From the NCBI RefSeq assembly GCF_003018255.1, contig NZ_CP027440.1: DNA of 64,000 nt; one strand, written 5' to 3'. The notes beneath the pieces were generated by a model that was not told the origin of the DNA, made no database searches, and was given only the letters and a program-made list of their open reading frames with translations. The translations under genes and the position numbers were made by a program. Positions 17,028 through 27,093 of this stretch are shown piece by piece (position 1 is the first letter of the stretch; each line of letters starts with the position of its first letter). The DNA comes from Escherichia coli (lineage in GTDB: Bacteria; Pseudomonadota; Gammaproteobacteria; Enterobacterales; Enterobacteriaceae).

Positions 17028-17708
17028 ATGAACAGGTATGCAGACGTGGTGCTGGCACTGTTGCTGGCTTTCCTGAGCGTACAGGCGCAGGCCGGGATCG
17101 TGATTGGCGGTACGCGCGTGATTTATGACGGGGATAAAAAAGAGACGGCCGCCTCGGTACGCAACCCGGAGAAATCCGGCGTCTACCTGGTGCAAAGCTG
17201 GGTAGACAGTGGCGAACAGGGGGGCAAAACGCCGTTTATCGTCACGCCACCGTTGTTTCGCATTAATCCCGGCGAAGAGAACATGCTGCGCATTGTGCGC
17301 ACCGGAGGCAACCTGCCGCAGGACAGGGAGTCGGTGTTCTGGCTGAACGTGAAATCGATCCCCGCTACCGACGACAGCCATTCGCGCACCAACGTGTTGC
17401 AGGTAGTGGTCAAGTCGCGGCTGAAACTGTTTTACCGTCCGGCAGGCCTGGAAGGGCAGCCGGAGAGTGCCTATCACCAGTTGAGCGTTGCCCACAGCGG
17501 TAACCATCTTACCGTCAGCAATCCCACACCGTATTACGTCACGCTGTTCACCCTGAAGGTCGACGGGCAGGAGATTAAAGAGGCGGATATGGTGCCGCCG
17601 AAAGGCAGTGTGAGTTTCACGCTACCGTCAGCGACTGCAAGCGCGGTGACCTGGCAGGCCATCAGCGACTATGGCGGTGTCAGCCAGACCGAAAGCCGTA
17701 AGCTGTGA
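17028..17708 (+). CDS. Periplasmic fimbrial chaperone (PapD/FimC family)
   Basis: Start MNRYADVV with GGAGAA ribosome-binding site; signal peptide; chaperone-fold motifs. Confidence 0.85.
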   Translation: MNRYADVVLALLLAFLSVQAQAGIVIGGTRVIYDGDKKETAASVRNPEKSGVYLVQSWVDSGEQGGKTPFIVTPPLFRINPGEENMLRIVRTGGNLPQDRESVFWLNVKSIPATDDSHSRTNVLQVVVKSRLKLFYRPAGLEGQPESAYHQLSVAHSGNHLTVSNPTPYYVTLFTLKVDGQEIKEADMVPPKGSVSFTLPSATASAVTWQAISDYGGVSQTESRKL

Positions 17709-17719
17709 AGGAGGACGTG

Positions 17720-20236
17720 ATGAATAACCCGACGCCACGTTTGATGATAATCCTGCTGACGCTGTTGTTGGCAATAGTGCTTTTGTCTGGCTATTTGCGT
17801 AATGCCGAGGCGCGTGAGGTGTTTAACCCCCACGCGCTGGAGATTGATAACCCCGGCCAGCCGGTGGCGGATTTATCCACCTTTGCGGAATCCGGTGGTC
17901 AGCTACCTGGTACCTACCGCGTAACGGTCTTCGTGAACGGTGAAAAGCAGAGCGACGCACAGGATATTGCTTTTATTGACGGAGCCAAAAAGAAACTCAG
18001 CCCGCAGATAACGCCTGCGATGCTGAAAGCCTGGGGCGTCAAAACGGACGTCTTCCCGGCACTGGCAGCACTGCCGCCGGATCAACCACTGGATGATATT
18101 GGCCGCTATATCCCGATGGCCAACACTGAACTGCGCTTCAGTAAATTGCAGTTGAACGTCAGTATTCCCCAGGCGGCAATGAATGCCAGCGCCAGAGGAT
18201 ACGTGGATCCGTCCGAATGGGACGAAGGTGTCCCCGCCGCACTGCTGAACTACAACCTCAGCGGCAGCAACACCTGGCGCGATGGACAAAACGGTTCGGA
18301 TGATAACTACTACGCGAACCTGCAAAGCGGTATCAACCTCGGCGCGTGGCGGCTACGCAACTACTCGACCTGGAATTATGACGAAGATAATGGTAGCCAC
18401 TGGGATTCAGTAAACACGTACCTGCAACGGGATATCCAGCGCCTGAAGGGACAACTGACGCTCGGCGACAGCTACACGCCGTCGGACATCTTCGACAGCG
18501 TCCAGTTTCGCGGCGCGCAGTTGGCATCTGACGACAACATGCTGCCGGACAGCCTGCGCGGGTTCGCCCCGGTGATCCGCGGTATCGCCCAGTCTAACGC
18601 TCAGGTGACCATTAAGCAGAACGGCTACATCATCTACCAGAGCTACGTCGCGCCGGGTGCGTTTACCATCACCGATCTGTATCCGACCTCGGGCAGCGGT
18701 GACCTGGAAGTGACCATCAAAGAGGCCGACGGCAGCGAGCGCACCTTCGTCCAGCCGTTCTCGGCGGTGCCGATTATGCAACGTGAAGGCCGCCTGAAAT
18801 ATGCCCTGACCGCCGGGAAATACCGCAGCGGCAATGAGGACAGCGACGAGCCGCAGTTCGGCCAGGTCACTGCGATTTACGGTCTGCCGCATGCTATCAC
18901 CGTCTATGGCGGCACGCTGTACTCGGACGATTATCAGTCTGGCGCCGCAGGGCTCGGTTTTGGCCTCGGTGAACTCGGTTCGCTGTCAGCCGATATCACC
19001 GCCGCCCATACCACGCTCAATAACGATGAAACCCACAACGGGCAGTCGTACCGGGTGCAGTATTCGAAGGATTTTCAGACCACCGACACCAGCTTCACGC
19101 TGGCGGCATATCGCTACTCCACCGCCGGATTTTACACCTTCCAGGAAGCCAACGACCTGAGGGCTGATGATGATAACGGCTGGCAGATGACGTACAACAA
19201 ACGCCAGCGCCTCCAGTTAGATCTCAGTCAGAGTATCGGTAGCTATGGCTCGTTTTTTATCTCCGGCTACCAGCAGGATTACTGGCAGGAGGACGGCTAC
19301 GAACGCACGTTGAGCGCGGGCTGGAACGGGAATATCGACGGTATCAGCTACAGCGTTACCTGGAGTTACAGCGACTACCCGGAGAGCACGCAGCCTGCCG
19401 ACCAGCAACTGGCGTTCAACATCCAGGTGCCGCTCAGCCGCTTTATGCCGAACGCCTGGGCGAGCTACAGCGTCAACACCGCGAAACACGGCGATACCCG
19501 CCAGCAGGTAGGGCTGAACGGTACGGCGCTTGCCGACAACAACCTGAGCTACAGCCTCCAGCAGAGCTACACCAACCATGGTGTGGGCGGCTCCGGCAAT
19601 ATCAACGCCGACTATAAAGGCGGGCAGGGGGAAATCACCGGAGGCTACAACTATGACGACGACACGCAGCAGGTTAACTACGGGCTGAAGGGCGGTATTG
19701 TCGCGCATCCGCATGGCATCACGCTTTCGCAGCCGCTCGGCCAGTCGCTGGCGATCGTGAAAGCGCCCGGTGCGGATGATACGAAGGTACAGAACAACAC
19801 CGGGGTTTACACCGACTGGCGCGGTTATGCGGTAGTGCCGTATGTGAACCCGTACAAGAAAAACCGTATTGCGCTCGACACCAGCACGCTTGGCGACGAA
19901 GTGGATACCGACACTGCCGTACAGACCGTGACCCCCACGCAGGGTGCCGTGGTGATGGCGGATTTTAACACCCGTGTCGGGCGGCGTGTGCTCATGACGC
20001 TGCTGTACCGTGGGCTGCCAGTCCCCTTTGGCGCAGAGGCGAAGCTGAAAGAGGGCGGCAGCGGTATTGTCGGCGATGATGGCCAGGTCTATCTGACTGG
20101 CGTGCCGGAGGAAGGCGATATTGCGGTTAACTGGAACGGAGCACAACAGTGCGTGGTGCATTACCGTTTACCGGAACAGGAAAACCAGCCGTCAGTGATC
20201 CTGGTGAACCAGGAATGCAGGGAGGTGGCAAAATGA
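17720..20236 (+). CDS. Outer-membrane fimbrial usher (FimD/PapC family)
   Basis: About 840 aa, signal peptide, usher length and composition; AGGAGG ribosome-binding site before ATG 17720. Confidence 0.9.
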   Translation: MNNPTPRLMIILLTLLLAIVLLSGYLRNAEAREVFNPHALEIDNPGQPVADLSTFAESGGQLPGTYRVTVFVNGEKQSDAQDIAFIDGAKKKLSPQITPAMLKAWGVKTDVFPALAALPPDQPLDDIGRYIPMANTELRFSKLQLNVSIPQAAMNASARGYVDPSEWDEGVPAALLNYNLSGSNTWRDGQNGSDDNYYANLQSGINLGAWRLRNYSTWNYDEDNGSHWDSVNTYLQRDIQRLKGQLTLGDSYTPSDIFDSVQFRGAQLASDDNMLPDSLRGFAPVIRGIAQSNAQVTIKQNGYIIYQSYVAPGAFTITDLYPTSGSGDLEVTIKEADGSERTFVQPFSAVPIMQREGRLKYALTAGKYRSGNEDSDEPQFGQVTAIYGLPHAITVYGGTLYSDDYQSGAAGLGFGLGELGSLSADITAAHTTLNNDETHNGQSYRVQYSKDFQTTDTSFTLAAYRYSTAGFYTFQEANDLRADDDNGWQMTYNKRQRLQLDLSQSIGSYGSFFISGYQQDYWQEDGYERTLSAGWNGNIDGISYSVTWSYSDYPESTQPADQQLAFNIQVPLSRFMPNAWASYSVNTAKHGDTRQQVGLNGTALADNNLSYSLQQSYTNHGVGGSGNINADYKGGQGEITGGYNYDDDTQQVNYGLKGGIVAHPHGITLSQPLGQSLAIVKAPGADDTKVQNNTGVYTDWRGYAVVPYVNPYKKNRIALDTSTLGDEVDTDTAVQTVTPTQGAVVMADFNTRVGRRVLMTLLYRGLPVPFGAEAKLKEGGSGIVGDDGQVYLTGVPEEGDIAVNWNGAQQCVVHYRLPEQENQPSVILVNQECREVAK

Positions 20237-21237
20237 GAGTATGGCGCGGGATGATTCTGCTGGCGGGGATCCTGTTCTGCCAGGCGTCGTGGGCGTTTTG
20301 CACGTCTTCGGTGAGTTTCTCCATCAGCCCCGGTACGGTGGTGGTCCAGCGGGATGCTGTGGTGGGGGAACCCATTAGCGACTGGCTGGTGTCGAACCAG
20401 GGGATGGCCTATCAGGACTGCAATTATGATGCAACGCCACAATACGTCATCAATGCAGGCATCAAAAACACGGGCTCCCGCGCCAGCGTCACCTGGAATG
20501 GTGAGGCGGTGTTTAACAGTAATGTCGCAGGTGTGGGATTTGTGTTTGAAGGCCGCTCCTCGGTCGACAGCAATCCGTTACCGGAAAACTGGATCGGTAT
20601 CGCCAGCGGGCAGTCGCAGGTATTCACGCTCCAGATAAGCCACAGCGTTGGCTACCATCCCTCCATTAACGATCAGGCGCGGATCCGGCTGATAAAAACC
20701 GGCGACATTACGCCCGGTACGCTGAGCGGCAACCTGGGGCGTTTTATCGCGGGGACAAGGGAGAACGGGCAGTGGTCGACTGAAATTCCCATTACATTTT
20801 CCGGTGGGCAAATCACCACCATCGCCTGCTCAGTGACCACGCCTGATGTCAATGTGCCGCTGGGGCAGCATCAAAAAGCGGAGTTCTCCGGGCCGGGAAC
20901 GGGAACCGGCTGGCAGGCGTTTAACATCGGGCTGGACTGCGATAAAAGTGCCCGTATCAACGTTCAGATAGATGCCGTACAGGATCCGTCCAACGTGGCT
21001 GGCGTGATGAAGCTGGACAGCGCGCCCGGAGACATGGCGGCTACGGGCATCGGTGTCCAGTTGTTCTTTGCACCGGATAACAGCGCCGTACAGTTTGGTC
21101 AGTCACGCTATTACTATACCTCTCCCAATGGCGGTACTGAGACAGTGCAGCTTAAGGCGCGGTATTACCAGACCGCAGCCACGATTACTGCAGGTGTTGC
21201 CAATGCCACGGCGACCTTCACGCTGACCTATAAATGA
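20233..21237 (+). CDS. Fimbrial minor subunit / adhesin-like protein 1
   Basis: Start MRVWRGMILLAGILFCQASWA overlaps the usher stop by 4 bp (ATGA); pilin-type C-terminus ATFTLTYK. Confidence 0.7.
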   Translation: MRVWRGMILLAGILFCQASWAFCTSSVSFSISPGTVVVQRDAVVGEPISDWLVSNQGMAYQDCNYDATPQYVINAGIKNTGSRASVTWNGEAVFNSNVAGVGFVFEGRSSVDSNPLPENWIGIASGQSQVFTLQISHSVGYHPSINDQARIRLIKTGDITPGTLSGNLGRFIAGTRENGQWSTEIPITFSGGQITTIACSVTTPDVNVPLGQHQKAEFSGPGTGTGWQAFNIGLDCDKSARINVQIDAVQDPSNVAGVMKLDSAPGDMAATGIGVQLFFAPDNSAVQFGQSRYYYTSPNGGTETVQLKARYYQTAATITAGVANATATFTLTYK

Positions 21238-21255
21238 CGTCGCCGGAGTGTTGAG

Positions 21256-22203
21256 ATGAGAAAAATTCTTTTCTTCCTGCTGTTGATGATAGCCGTCCTG
21301 CCGGAGGTTCAGGCCACCTGTTCGTTCTACGGTGGTGTGACATCAGAAGTATCGGGTTACCTGAATTTCGGCAACGTGGTTATCCAGCGGGATGCACAGG
21401 TCGGCAGCACGATTGCCACTGCCATTACAGGGGCATACAACAATGGCGACGGCATTGCCGGGTGTAAGCGGGAGGCCTGGACCGCCCGCTGGGAACTGAC
21501 GCAATGGGGGACGCTGAGTGGCTATGGGAATGGTGTCTACAACACCAACCTGCCAGGGGTAGGATTACGTCTGAGTGCGGCCTCGACAGGTAAAACATTG
21601 CCCTATGAAACCAGCTACGCCTACAACGCTGGCGGCACCTGGGTATCCATTCCCGGTGATGGCATCAAGGGCGAGCTTATCAAAACCGGGGATATCACCA
21701 GCGGTACATTAACGGACGGTGTGCTGGCGCGCGCTTCGGTAGTGAATCAGTTTTATTTTGCCAACGTCACGTTGAACGGGATGAACACAGTGAAATCAGA
21801 AGCTTGTACTGTGACCACGCCCTCTGTTGATGTCCCGATGGGGGATCACGATAAAAGCGAATTCAGTGGTGCGGGATCTTCAACCGACTGGGTGAGCTTT
21901 GATATTGGTTTGAGCTGCGATGTCGGGGCGAGAATAAACGTACGTATCGATGCCACTGCGGATGCTTCCGCCGGTTCGCAAGGCGTCATGCTGATTGATA
22001 GCGGCGGGGCGTCTGGCGTGGGGATACAACTTCATTACCGCCCGGATGATGCCGCTGTCCAGTACGGTCAGGAACGGTTTTACTGGCAGTCGGTATATGG
22101 TGACGAGATCGTGCAGCTTAAGGCGCGATATTACCAGACTGCAGGCTCGATCACGCCAGGTGCGGCAAACGGTACGGCGACGTTTACGATGAGTTATAAA
22201 TAG
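21256..22203 (+). CDS. Fimbrial minor subunit / adhesin-like protein 2 (paralog of previous)
   Basis: Signal peptide MRKILFFLLLMIAVLPEVQA; C-terminal pilin domain ATFTMSYK matching the previous gene. Confidence 0.7.
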   Translation: MRKILFFLLLMIAVLPEVQATCSFYGGVTSEVSGYLNFGNVVIQRDAQVGSTIATAITGAYNNGDGIAGCKREAWTARWELTQWGTLSGYGNGVYNTNLPGVGLRLSAASTGKTLPYETSYAYNAGGTWVSIPGDGIKGELIKTGDITSGTLTDGVLARASVVNQFYFANVTLNGMNTVKSEACTVTTPSVDVPMGDHDKSEFSGAGSSTDWVSFDIGLSCDVGARINVRIDATADASAGSQGVMLIDSGGASGVGIQLHYRPDDAAVQYGQERFYWQSVYGDEIVQLKARYYQTAGSITPGAANGTATFTMSYK

Positions 22204-22214
22204 CGCGTAATCAT

Positions 22215-23762
22215 ATGGAATATTCTATGTCGGATATTGTCGCCGGGAACAGGATTGCTGCTCAATATTTAAGAATGTCTACCGAGCATCAGAAATATTC
22301 GCCGGAGAACCAGCGGGAATATATCGAGAAGTATGCAAAAGAACACTGTATTACCATTAAATATACCTATGACGACGCTGGCCGAAGTGGGCTGAGCCTG
22401 GATAACAGGCCTGGCCTGCGTTCGCTGTTATATGATGTTGAAAACGGAATAATAAAAGTCTCGTTAATTCTTGTTTACGATGTCAGTCGGTTTGGTCGTT
22501 TTCAGGATATTGAAGAGGCTGCTCATTACTCGTGGCTACTGAAGCGTAATGGTGTGCGCATTATTTATTGCGCGGAGCCTTTCTCGGAAGAACAGACCGA
22601 ATTGTTTATGCTGGGATTATCTTACTCCCGCTATGGCGCCGCAACTTACAGTAAAAACCTTTCACAAAAAGTTTTTCTTGGCCAGGCAAACCTCGTTCGG
22701 CGGGGTTATTATCAAGGTGGTATGCCTGGCTATGGCATTCGGAGATTATTAATTGATGAACATACTAATCCGAAAGGCATGCTTCTGCCGGGGCAAAGGA
22801 AAAGCCTGCAAACTGACAGAGTAATATTGATCCCGGGGCCCGCGGAAGAGGTGGTAATAGTCAATAAAATCTATGACATGTTTATTGATGAGGGCAAGCC
22901 TGAGTTTGTTATTGCTTCAGAACTGAACCGGAAGAACATCCCCGCCGAGAATGGGCTCCAGTGGAGCCGATGTAAAATTCATCAGATACTGACCAATGAA
23001 AAATATATTGGCAATAATGTTTATAACAGAACCTCCGGACGATTGAAGACCCGAAGTGTCAGGAATCCTCAGGATCAGTGGATCAGATGTGACGGCGCGT
23101 GGGACCCTGTGGTATCAGTAGAGAAATTTGAGGCGGCTAAAAGGATTATTGAAGCCAGGGCCGTTCAGTACAGTGATGATGAACTGCTGGATAAACTACG
23201 CCATCTGCTGAAGCTTCGTGGCAGATTATCCGGGATTGTGATTGATGAAGAGGAACTGTTTCCATCGAGCAGCATTTTTCGTTCACGGTTTGGTGGGTTA
23301 GTCAGGGCTTACACCCTTATTGGTTATCACCCGCGCCATGATTACTCTTATCTTGAAATAAAAAAGCAGATTGCAGAATGCCATCTCACTTTCATGGATA
23401 ATTTGGTGCAGGATATATACCGATATGGCGGTTGGGCAGAGATGCATCAGGATGGTTCATTATATATTAATGATGAGTTTTTTGTTTCCGCTAATCTGGT
23501 TCGCTGCCAACGTTTGTCGTCAGGTAAGCTTCGTTGGAAGATAAAATTTAATGTATCCCATTATTGTGATGTCATGATCTTTCCACGGTTGGATAGCACA
23601 AATAACTCCGTGGTTGATTACTTTATGTTTCCGGCTATTGATGTGTTGTATAACGATTTAACGCTTCATGAGAACAATGGTTTTATCCTCGAACTATATC
23701 GATTTGATGATTTGTCATGTCTGGAAAATCTTGTAAAACGAACTGGTCTGGAGAGTAAATAA
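22215..23762 (+). CDS. Large serine recombinase (resolvase/invertase catalytic domain plus recombinase domain)
   Basis: N-terminal AAQYLRMSTEHQ...YDDAGRSGLSLDNRPGLRSLL...YDVSRFGR matches the serine-recombinase catalytic domain; 515 aa; starts 11 bp after the fimbrial operon. Confidence 0.8.
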   Translation: MEYSMSDIVAGNRIAAQYLRMSTEHQKYSPENQREYIEKYAKEHCITIKYTYDDAGRSGLSLDNRPGLRSLLYDVENGIIKVSLILVYDVSRFGRFQDIEEAAHYSWLLKRNGVRIIYCAEPFSEEQTELFMLGLSYSRYGAATYSKNLSQKVFLGQANLVRRGYYQGGMPGYGIRRLLIDEHTNPKGMLLPGQRKSLQTDRVILIPGPAEEVVIVNKIYDMFIDEGKPEFVIASELNRKNIPAENGLQWSRCKIHQILTNEKYIGNNVYNRTSGRLKTRSVRNPQDQWIRCDGAWDPVVSVEKFEAAKRIIEARAVQYSDDELLDKLRHLLKLRGRLSGIVIDEEELFPSSSIFRSRFGGLVRAYTLIGYHPRHDYSYLEIKKQIAECHLTFMDNLVQDIYRYGGWAEMHQDGSLYINDEFFVSANLVRCQRLSSGKLRWKIKFNVSHYCDVMIFPRLDSTNNSVVDYFMFPAIDVLYNDLTLHENNGFILELYRFDDLSCLENLVKRTGLESK

Positions 23763-24649
23763 TGAAATCTTTTGATGAACAGATAGAACTTGTCGATATC
23801 AGTGATATTTATATCGCAAATCCACGGAAAAGGAATAAATTCATTCATAATGAAATAAAAGAGAACATAAAAACCATTGGTCTGAAACGGCCTGTTAGCG
23901 TGCGCCCAGTGAATAATGAAAACTATAAATATGCCCTGATTTGTGGTCAGGGACGACTTGAAGCGTATATTGAGTATGGTGAAACGAAAATTCCTGCAAT
24001 CATCAAGCAGGTTGATGAAGAGACAGCGCACCTGATGAGCCTGGCTGAAAACATCGCAAGACGTAATCCCCGGGCGGCAGAGCTAATGGAAGATATCAGA
24101 AGAATGAAGACCAGTGGCCTGACCGATCGTGAAATAGGCTTGCGGCTTGGGTATAATTCGAGTTGGGTAAATGGGGTGATCACTCTGTTGTCATCCGGAG
24201 AGAAGCATCTTTTGCGGGCATTTGAGACTGGCGATATTCCCTTGTATCTTGCTGTGGAAATATCCCGGTCAGGAGATGAGGAAACTCAGGAACTGCTGAC
24301 GGTCGCCCTGAAAGAAGGACATATCAAGGGTGGGCAAATTAATAAGATCAGGCGCATACTTGAACAACGTAAGAAAGGCGATAAAGGTACGATTAGTACG
24401 GCTTTTTTTCCTGGGAAAAAACAGAAAAAACTGACCCCGGAAGAACTGGCTAATGTCTACCAGGAAAACATTAATGAGCAAAAAGCCATTCTGCTGAAAT
24501 CCACAATGGTTAAAGAGAAAATTCTGGCAGTAAAGCAAATATTTGGTTATTTACTTAAAGATAATGATTTTGTTACATTGCTGCACAGTAATAATATCCA
24601 CGATATTCCTTCTTTACTGGATGGCAGTGATGTATCGGGGGAGAAATAA
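23762..24649 (+). CDS. ParB/Srx-fold (ParB N-terminal-domain-like) protein 1
   Basis: Motifs ELVDISDIYIANPRKRN, GLKRPVSVRP, ICGQGRLEA (arginine-finger-like) and an HTH-like GLTDREIGLRLG; TAATG overlap with the recombinase stop. Confidence 0.65.
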   Translation: MKSFDEQIELVDISDIYIANPRKRNKFIHNEIKENIKTIGLKRPVSVRPVNNENYKYALICGQGRLEAYIEYGETKIPAIIKQVDEETAHLMSLAENIARRNPRAAELMEDIRRMKTSGLTDREIGLRLGYNSSWVNGVITLLSSGEKHLLRAFETGDIPLYLAVEISRSGDEETQELLTVALKEGHIKGGQINKIRRILEQRKKGDKGTISTAFFPGKKQKKLTPEELANVYQENINEQKAILLKSTMVKEKILAVKQIFGYLLKDNDFVTLLHSNNIHDIPSLLDGSDVSGEK

Positions 24650-24650
24650 G

Positions 24651-25541
24651 ATGATTTCACAATGTTTTGACTCCCGATTTTATACCTTTAAGGTGGAATC
24701 ACTGGTGTATGCCAGAACGCTGCCGGTTAATGTTAAATTCAGTACGAAGTACAAACAAATTAAAGCCTCTGTCGATGAAATTGGGTTAATTGAACCCATT
24801 GTGGTTTATATCAATGACGCCAATGATAAAGTCATTCTGGATGGACATCTTCGCGTTGAAGTTTTGAAAGAACTCGGAATAACTACTGCTCATTGTCTGA
24901 TATCCCCTGTGGAGGATACATATTCATATAACAAACGTGTTAGTCGCCTTACCATTGTGCAGGCCCAAAACATGCTGCTTAAAGCGGTTGAATCTGGCGT
25001 TTCAGTTGAAAAACTATGCGCCGTACTGGGTGTCACGCCAGATACGCTGATTGGTAAACTGAAAATTTCTGATGGCATTGCCCCTGAAGTCATGGCGTTA
25101 CTGGCAGAAAAAAATGTACCGCAGACCATTTTCTCTGTGTTGAAAAAACTAAAGTTCTATAAGCAGATAGAAATGGTTAACACCATGATCAGTATTAATA
25201 ATTTCACCCGCAAATTTGCGATGTCGATGCTGCATGCCGTTGCCCCTGAACATCTTGTAGCGCCTAAAAAAGATGCCAGCAGAGAAACAGATATCAGAAA
25301 AAATCTCGAAAGACTGGAAAAAGAAATGGCTTCCGTTCAGGTGGAAACGCAGCATCTTCAGGATGAATATGCTGAGAATAACCTTCGGCTGGTTATCATT
25401 AAAAATCACATTGAACGTCTGCTGGCGAACGGTCAGGTACTTAACTGGCTTTATGATAACCATCAGGAGTACCTTTCTGTGCTCAAGCAAATCTCGGGGC
25501 TGGATGATTTGAATAAGCTTGGCCAGACAATTGAGGAATGA
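24651..25541 (+). CDS. ParB/Srx-fold protein 2
   Basis: IEPIVVYINDANDKVILDGHLRVEVLKELG is ParB-box-like; start 2 bp after the previous stop. Confidence 0.6.
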   Translation: MISQCFDSRFYTFKVESLVYARTLPVNVKFSTKYKQIKASVDEIGLIEPIVVYINDANDKVILDGHLRVEVLKELGITTAHCLISPVEDTYSYNKRVSRLTIVQAQNMLLKAVESGVSVEKLCAVLGVTPDTLIGKLKISDGIAPEVMALLAEKNVPQTIFSVLKKLKFYKQIEMVNTMISINNFTRKFAMSMLHAVAPEHLVAPKKDASRETDIRKNLERLEKEMASVQVETQHLQDEYAENNLRLVIIKNHIERLLANGQVLNWLYDNHQEYLSVLKQISGLDDLNKLGQTIEE

Positions 25542-25740
25542 CACATTTTTAAAGCAAGGACTGCTGTTTTACAGATTGCCACTATGATGGGATGCACTGA
25601 GAGAGGAGGGCGTGCTGGTGGTTGACGTGATTCAACTGGTGCGGAAAATCTTGCTCAAAGGACGATGGCTTAAAATCAAGTTGCTGTTTCAAAAATGAAA
25701 AAGTAGATTTACATCCACTTTTCTTACTGAGGTAAAAATA

Positions 25741-26199
25741 GTGCATATAGATGCGGATTTCATAAGCTTGAGCACATTGGTGGCTAATCAACAAGCTGCA
25801 AAATGGGCGGGGGTTGCTGCTATTGCTGCCTGTTTGACGTTTGTTGTGACAACGATAGGTTTACTACTTGCTTGGCGGTCGTTGCATCAGTGGAAGCCTC
25901 AATACAAAGAAAACTCTAGACTTCTCCTAATCGAAGCTTTAATCGCATTTCAGAAATGTTTAATAACTATACCAAAAAATCTCGATAACGATCCCACCTA
26001 TCAAAGCCGAAAGGAATTTTTGAAGGCAAGTACTGAAGTTGAGCTAAGAGGACAAATATATCTTAAGCAACACAGCAACGAAAAATTAAAAGATGAATTA
26101 GCAAATCTCAGGAGTAAATGTGCAGAATTTGTTGGTGGTAAGGTGACTAAACCTGAACTGTCATTCATCTCAGCAATAATATTACTCATTGAAGTATAA
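25741..26199 (+). CDS. Hypothetical membrane-anchored protein (GTG start)
   Basis: One transmembrane segment AAIAACLTFVVTTIGLLLAW; AT-rich; possibly a fourth gene of the recombinase module. Confidence 0.35.
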   Translation: MHIDADFISLSTLVANQQAAKWAGVAAIAACLTFVVTTIGLLLAWRSLHQWKPQYKENSRLLLIEALIAFQKCLITIPKNLDNDPTYQSRKEFLKASTEVELRGQIYLKQHSNEKLKDELANLRSKCAEFVGGKVTKPELSFISAIILLIEV

Positions 26200-26222
26200 T
26201 AGATTCTGGGCTAACACCAATC

Positions 26223-26256
26223 GGTTACCCGGTTGGGATATCGCTTCCGGGTAACC
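26223..26256. repeat. Perfect 10-bp inverted repeat GGTTACCCGG-N14-CCGGGTAACC, followed by a second hairpin (about 26256-26283)
   Basis: Seen directly; lies at the boundary between the AT-rich recombinase module and the creatininase gene. Confidence 0.4.
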
Positions 26257-26301
26257 TGTGGAAAGGCAAAAGCCACTCCACAGGTTGCCCGAGCATATCG
26301 A

Positions 26302-27093
26302 TTACATGTTTGCGTCTTTATTTAACGCATATTGCCAGTTAGCTGCATCCAGCTTTCTCAGCAACGCGCAAAGCACATCCACCAGACAGGCGAGGATCCG
26401 CTGGCCTTTTTCCGCCGTGGCGCAGCGCGGATCGCCGGTTGCTCCGGTGGCGCTGATTTCCCCGATATCCCAGATCCGGTTCACGCCATAATCAGCGAAC
26501 ACCTCCACCGGGATCTGTTTCTGCGCATATTTCAGTTCCACCAGCTCCGGAATCAGCGCCATCATGACGGACGTTTCGCCCTCGCCGCCGTGTCCTAGTC
26601 CGGTGTTATCCCATGAGTCGAAAAATCCCTTCCCGAGATGATGTCCCACCAGATCCCACCACGCCGGAACCACGACAATCGCTGCCTGCGTATGTCGGGC
26701 CTTCACATTGCGGGCGGCGATTTCAATCGCCGGAATATTACCGTCATGGCCGTTAATCACCAGGATCCGGCGAATACCGTGGTGCAGCAGGCTGATGAAG
26801 ATATCTTCCGCCAGCGCGATATTGGTCTCGTAGCGTAGGGTGACCGCCAGTGGATAGGCATTGTAGTGAACGGATGTGCCGAACGGCGTGCAGGGCAGCA
26901 CAAGGGTATTATCCACCCGCTGCGCCACCCGGCAGGCGACGATTTCGGGTACAAACATATCGGGGCCGAGTGGCAGGTGATCGGCGTGGTTCTCACAACT
27001 GCCGAAGTTGACGATAGCAGTGAGTTCCTTACCAGACTGCAACAGCTCGCGGATTTCCCGGCCAGTCAGTTCATTGAGCATGACTTTTTTCAT
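26302..27093 (-). CDS. Creatininase-family amidohydrolase
   Basis: Family motif TAIVNFGSCENHADHLPLGPD and LVINGHDGN; start MKKVM with AGGAGG ribosome-binding site. Confidence 0.7.
   Translation of the reverse strand: MKKVMLNELTGREIRELLQSGKELTAIVNFGSCENHADHLPLGPDMFVPEIVACRVAQRVDNTLVLPCTPFGTSVHYNAYPLAVTLRYETNIALAEDIFISLLHHGIRRILVINGHDGNIPAIEIAARNVKARHTQAAIVVVPAWWDLVGHHLGKGFFDSWDNTGLGHGGEGETSVMMALIPELVELKYAQKQIPVEVFADYGVNRIWDIGEISATGATGDPRCATAEKGQRILACLVDVLCALLRKLDAANWQYALNKDANM

Noticed and set aside
19217-20161. 314-aa minus-strand ORF
   Set aside because: Fully antisense to the fimbrial usher gene, whose family features are clear; shadow ORF.
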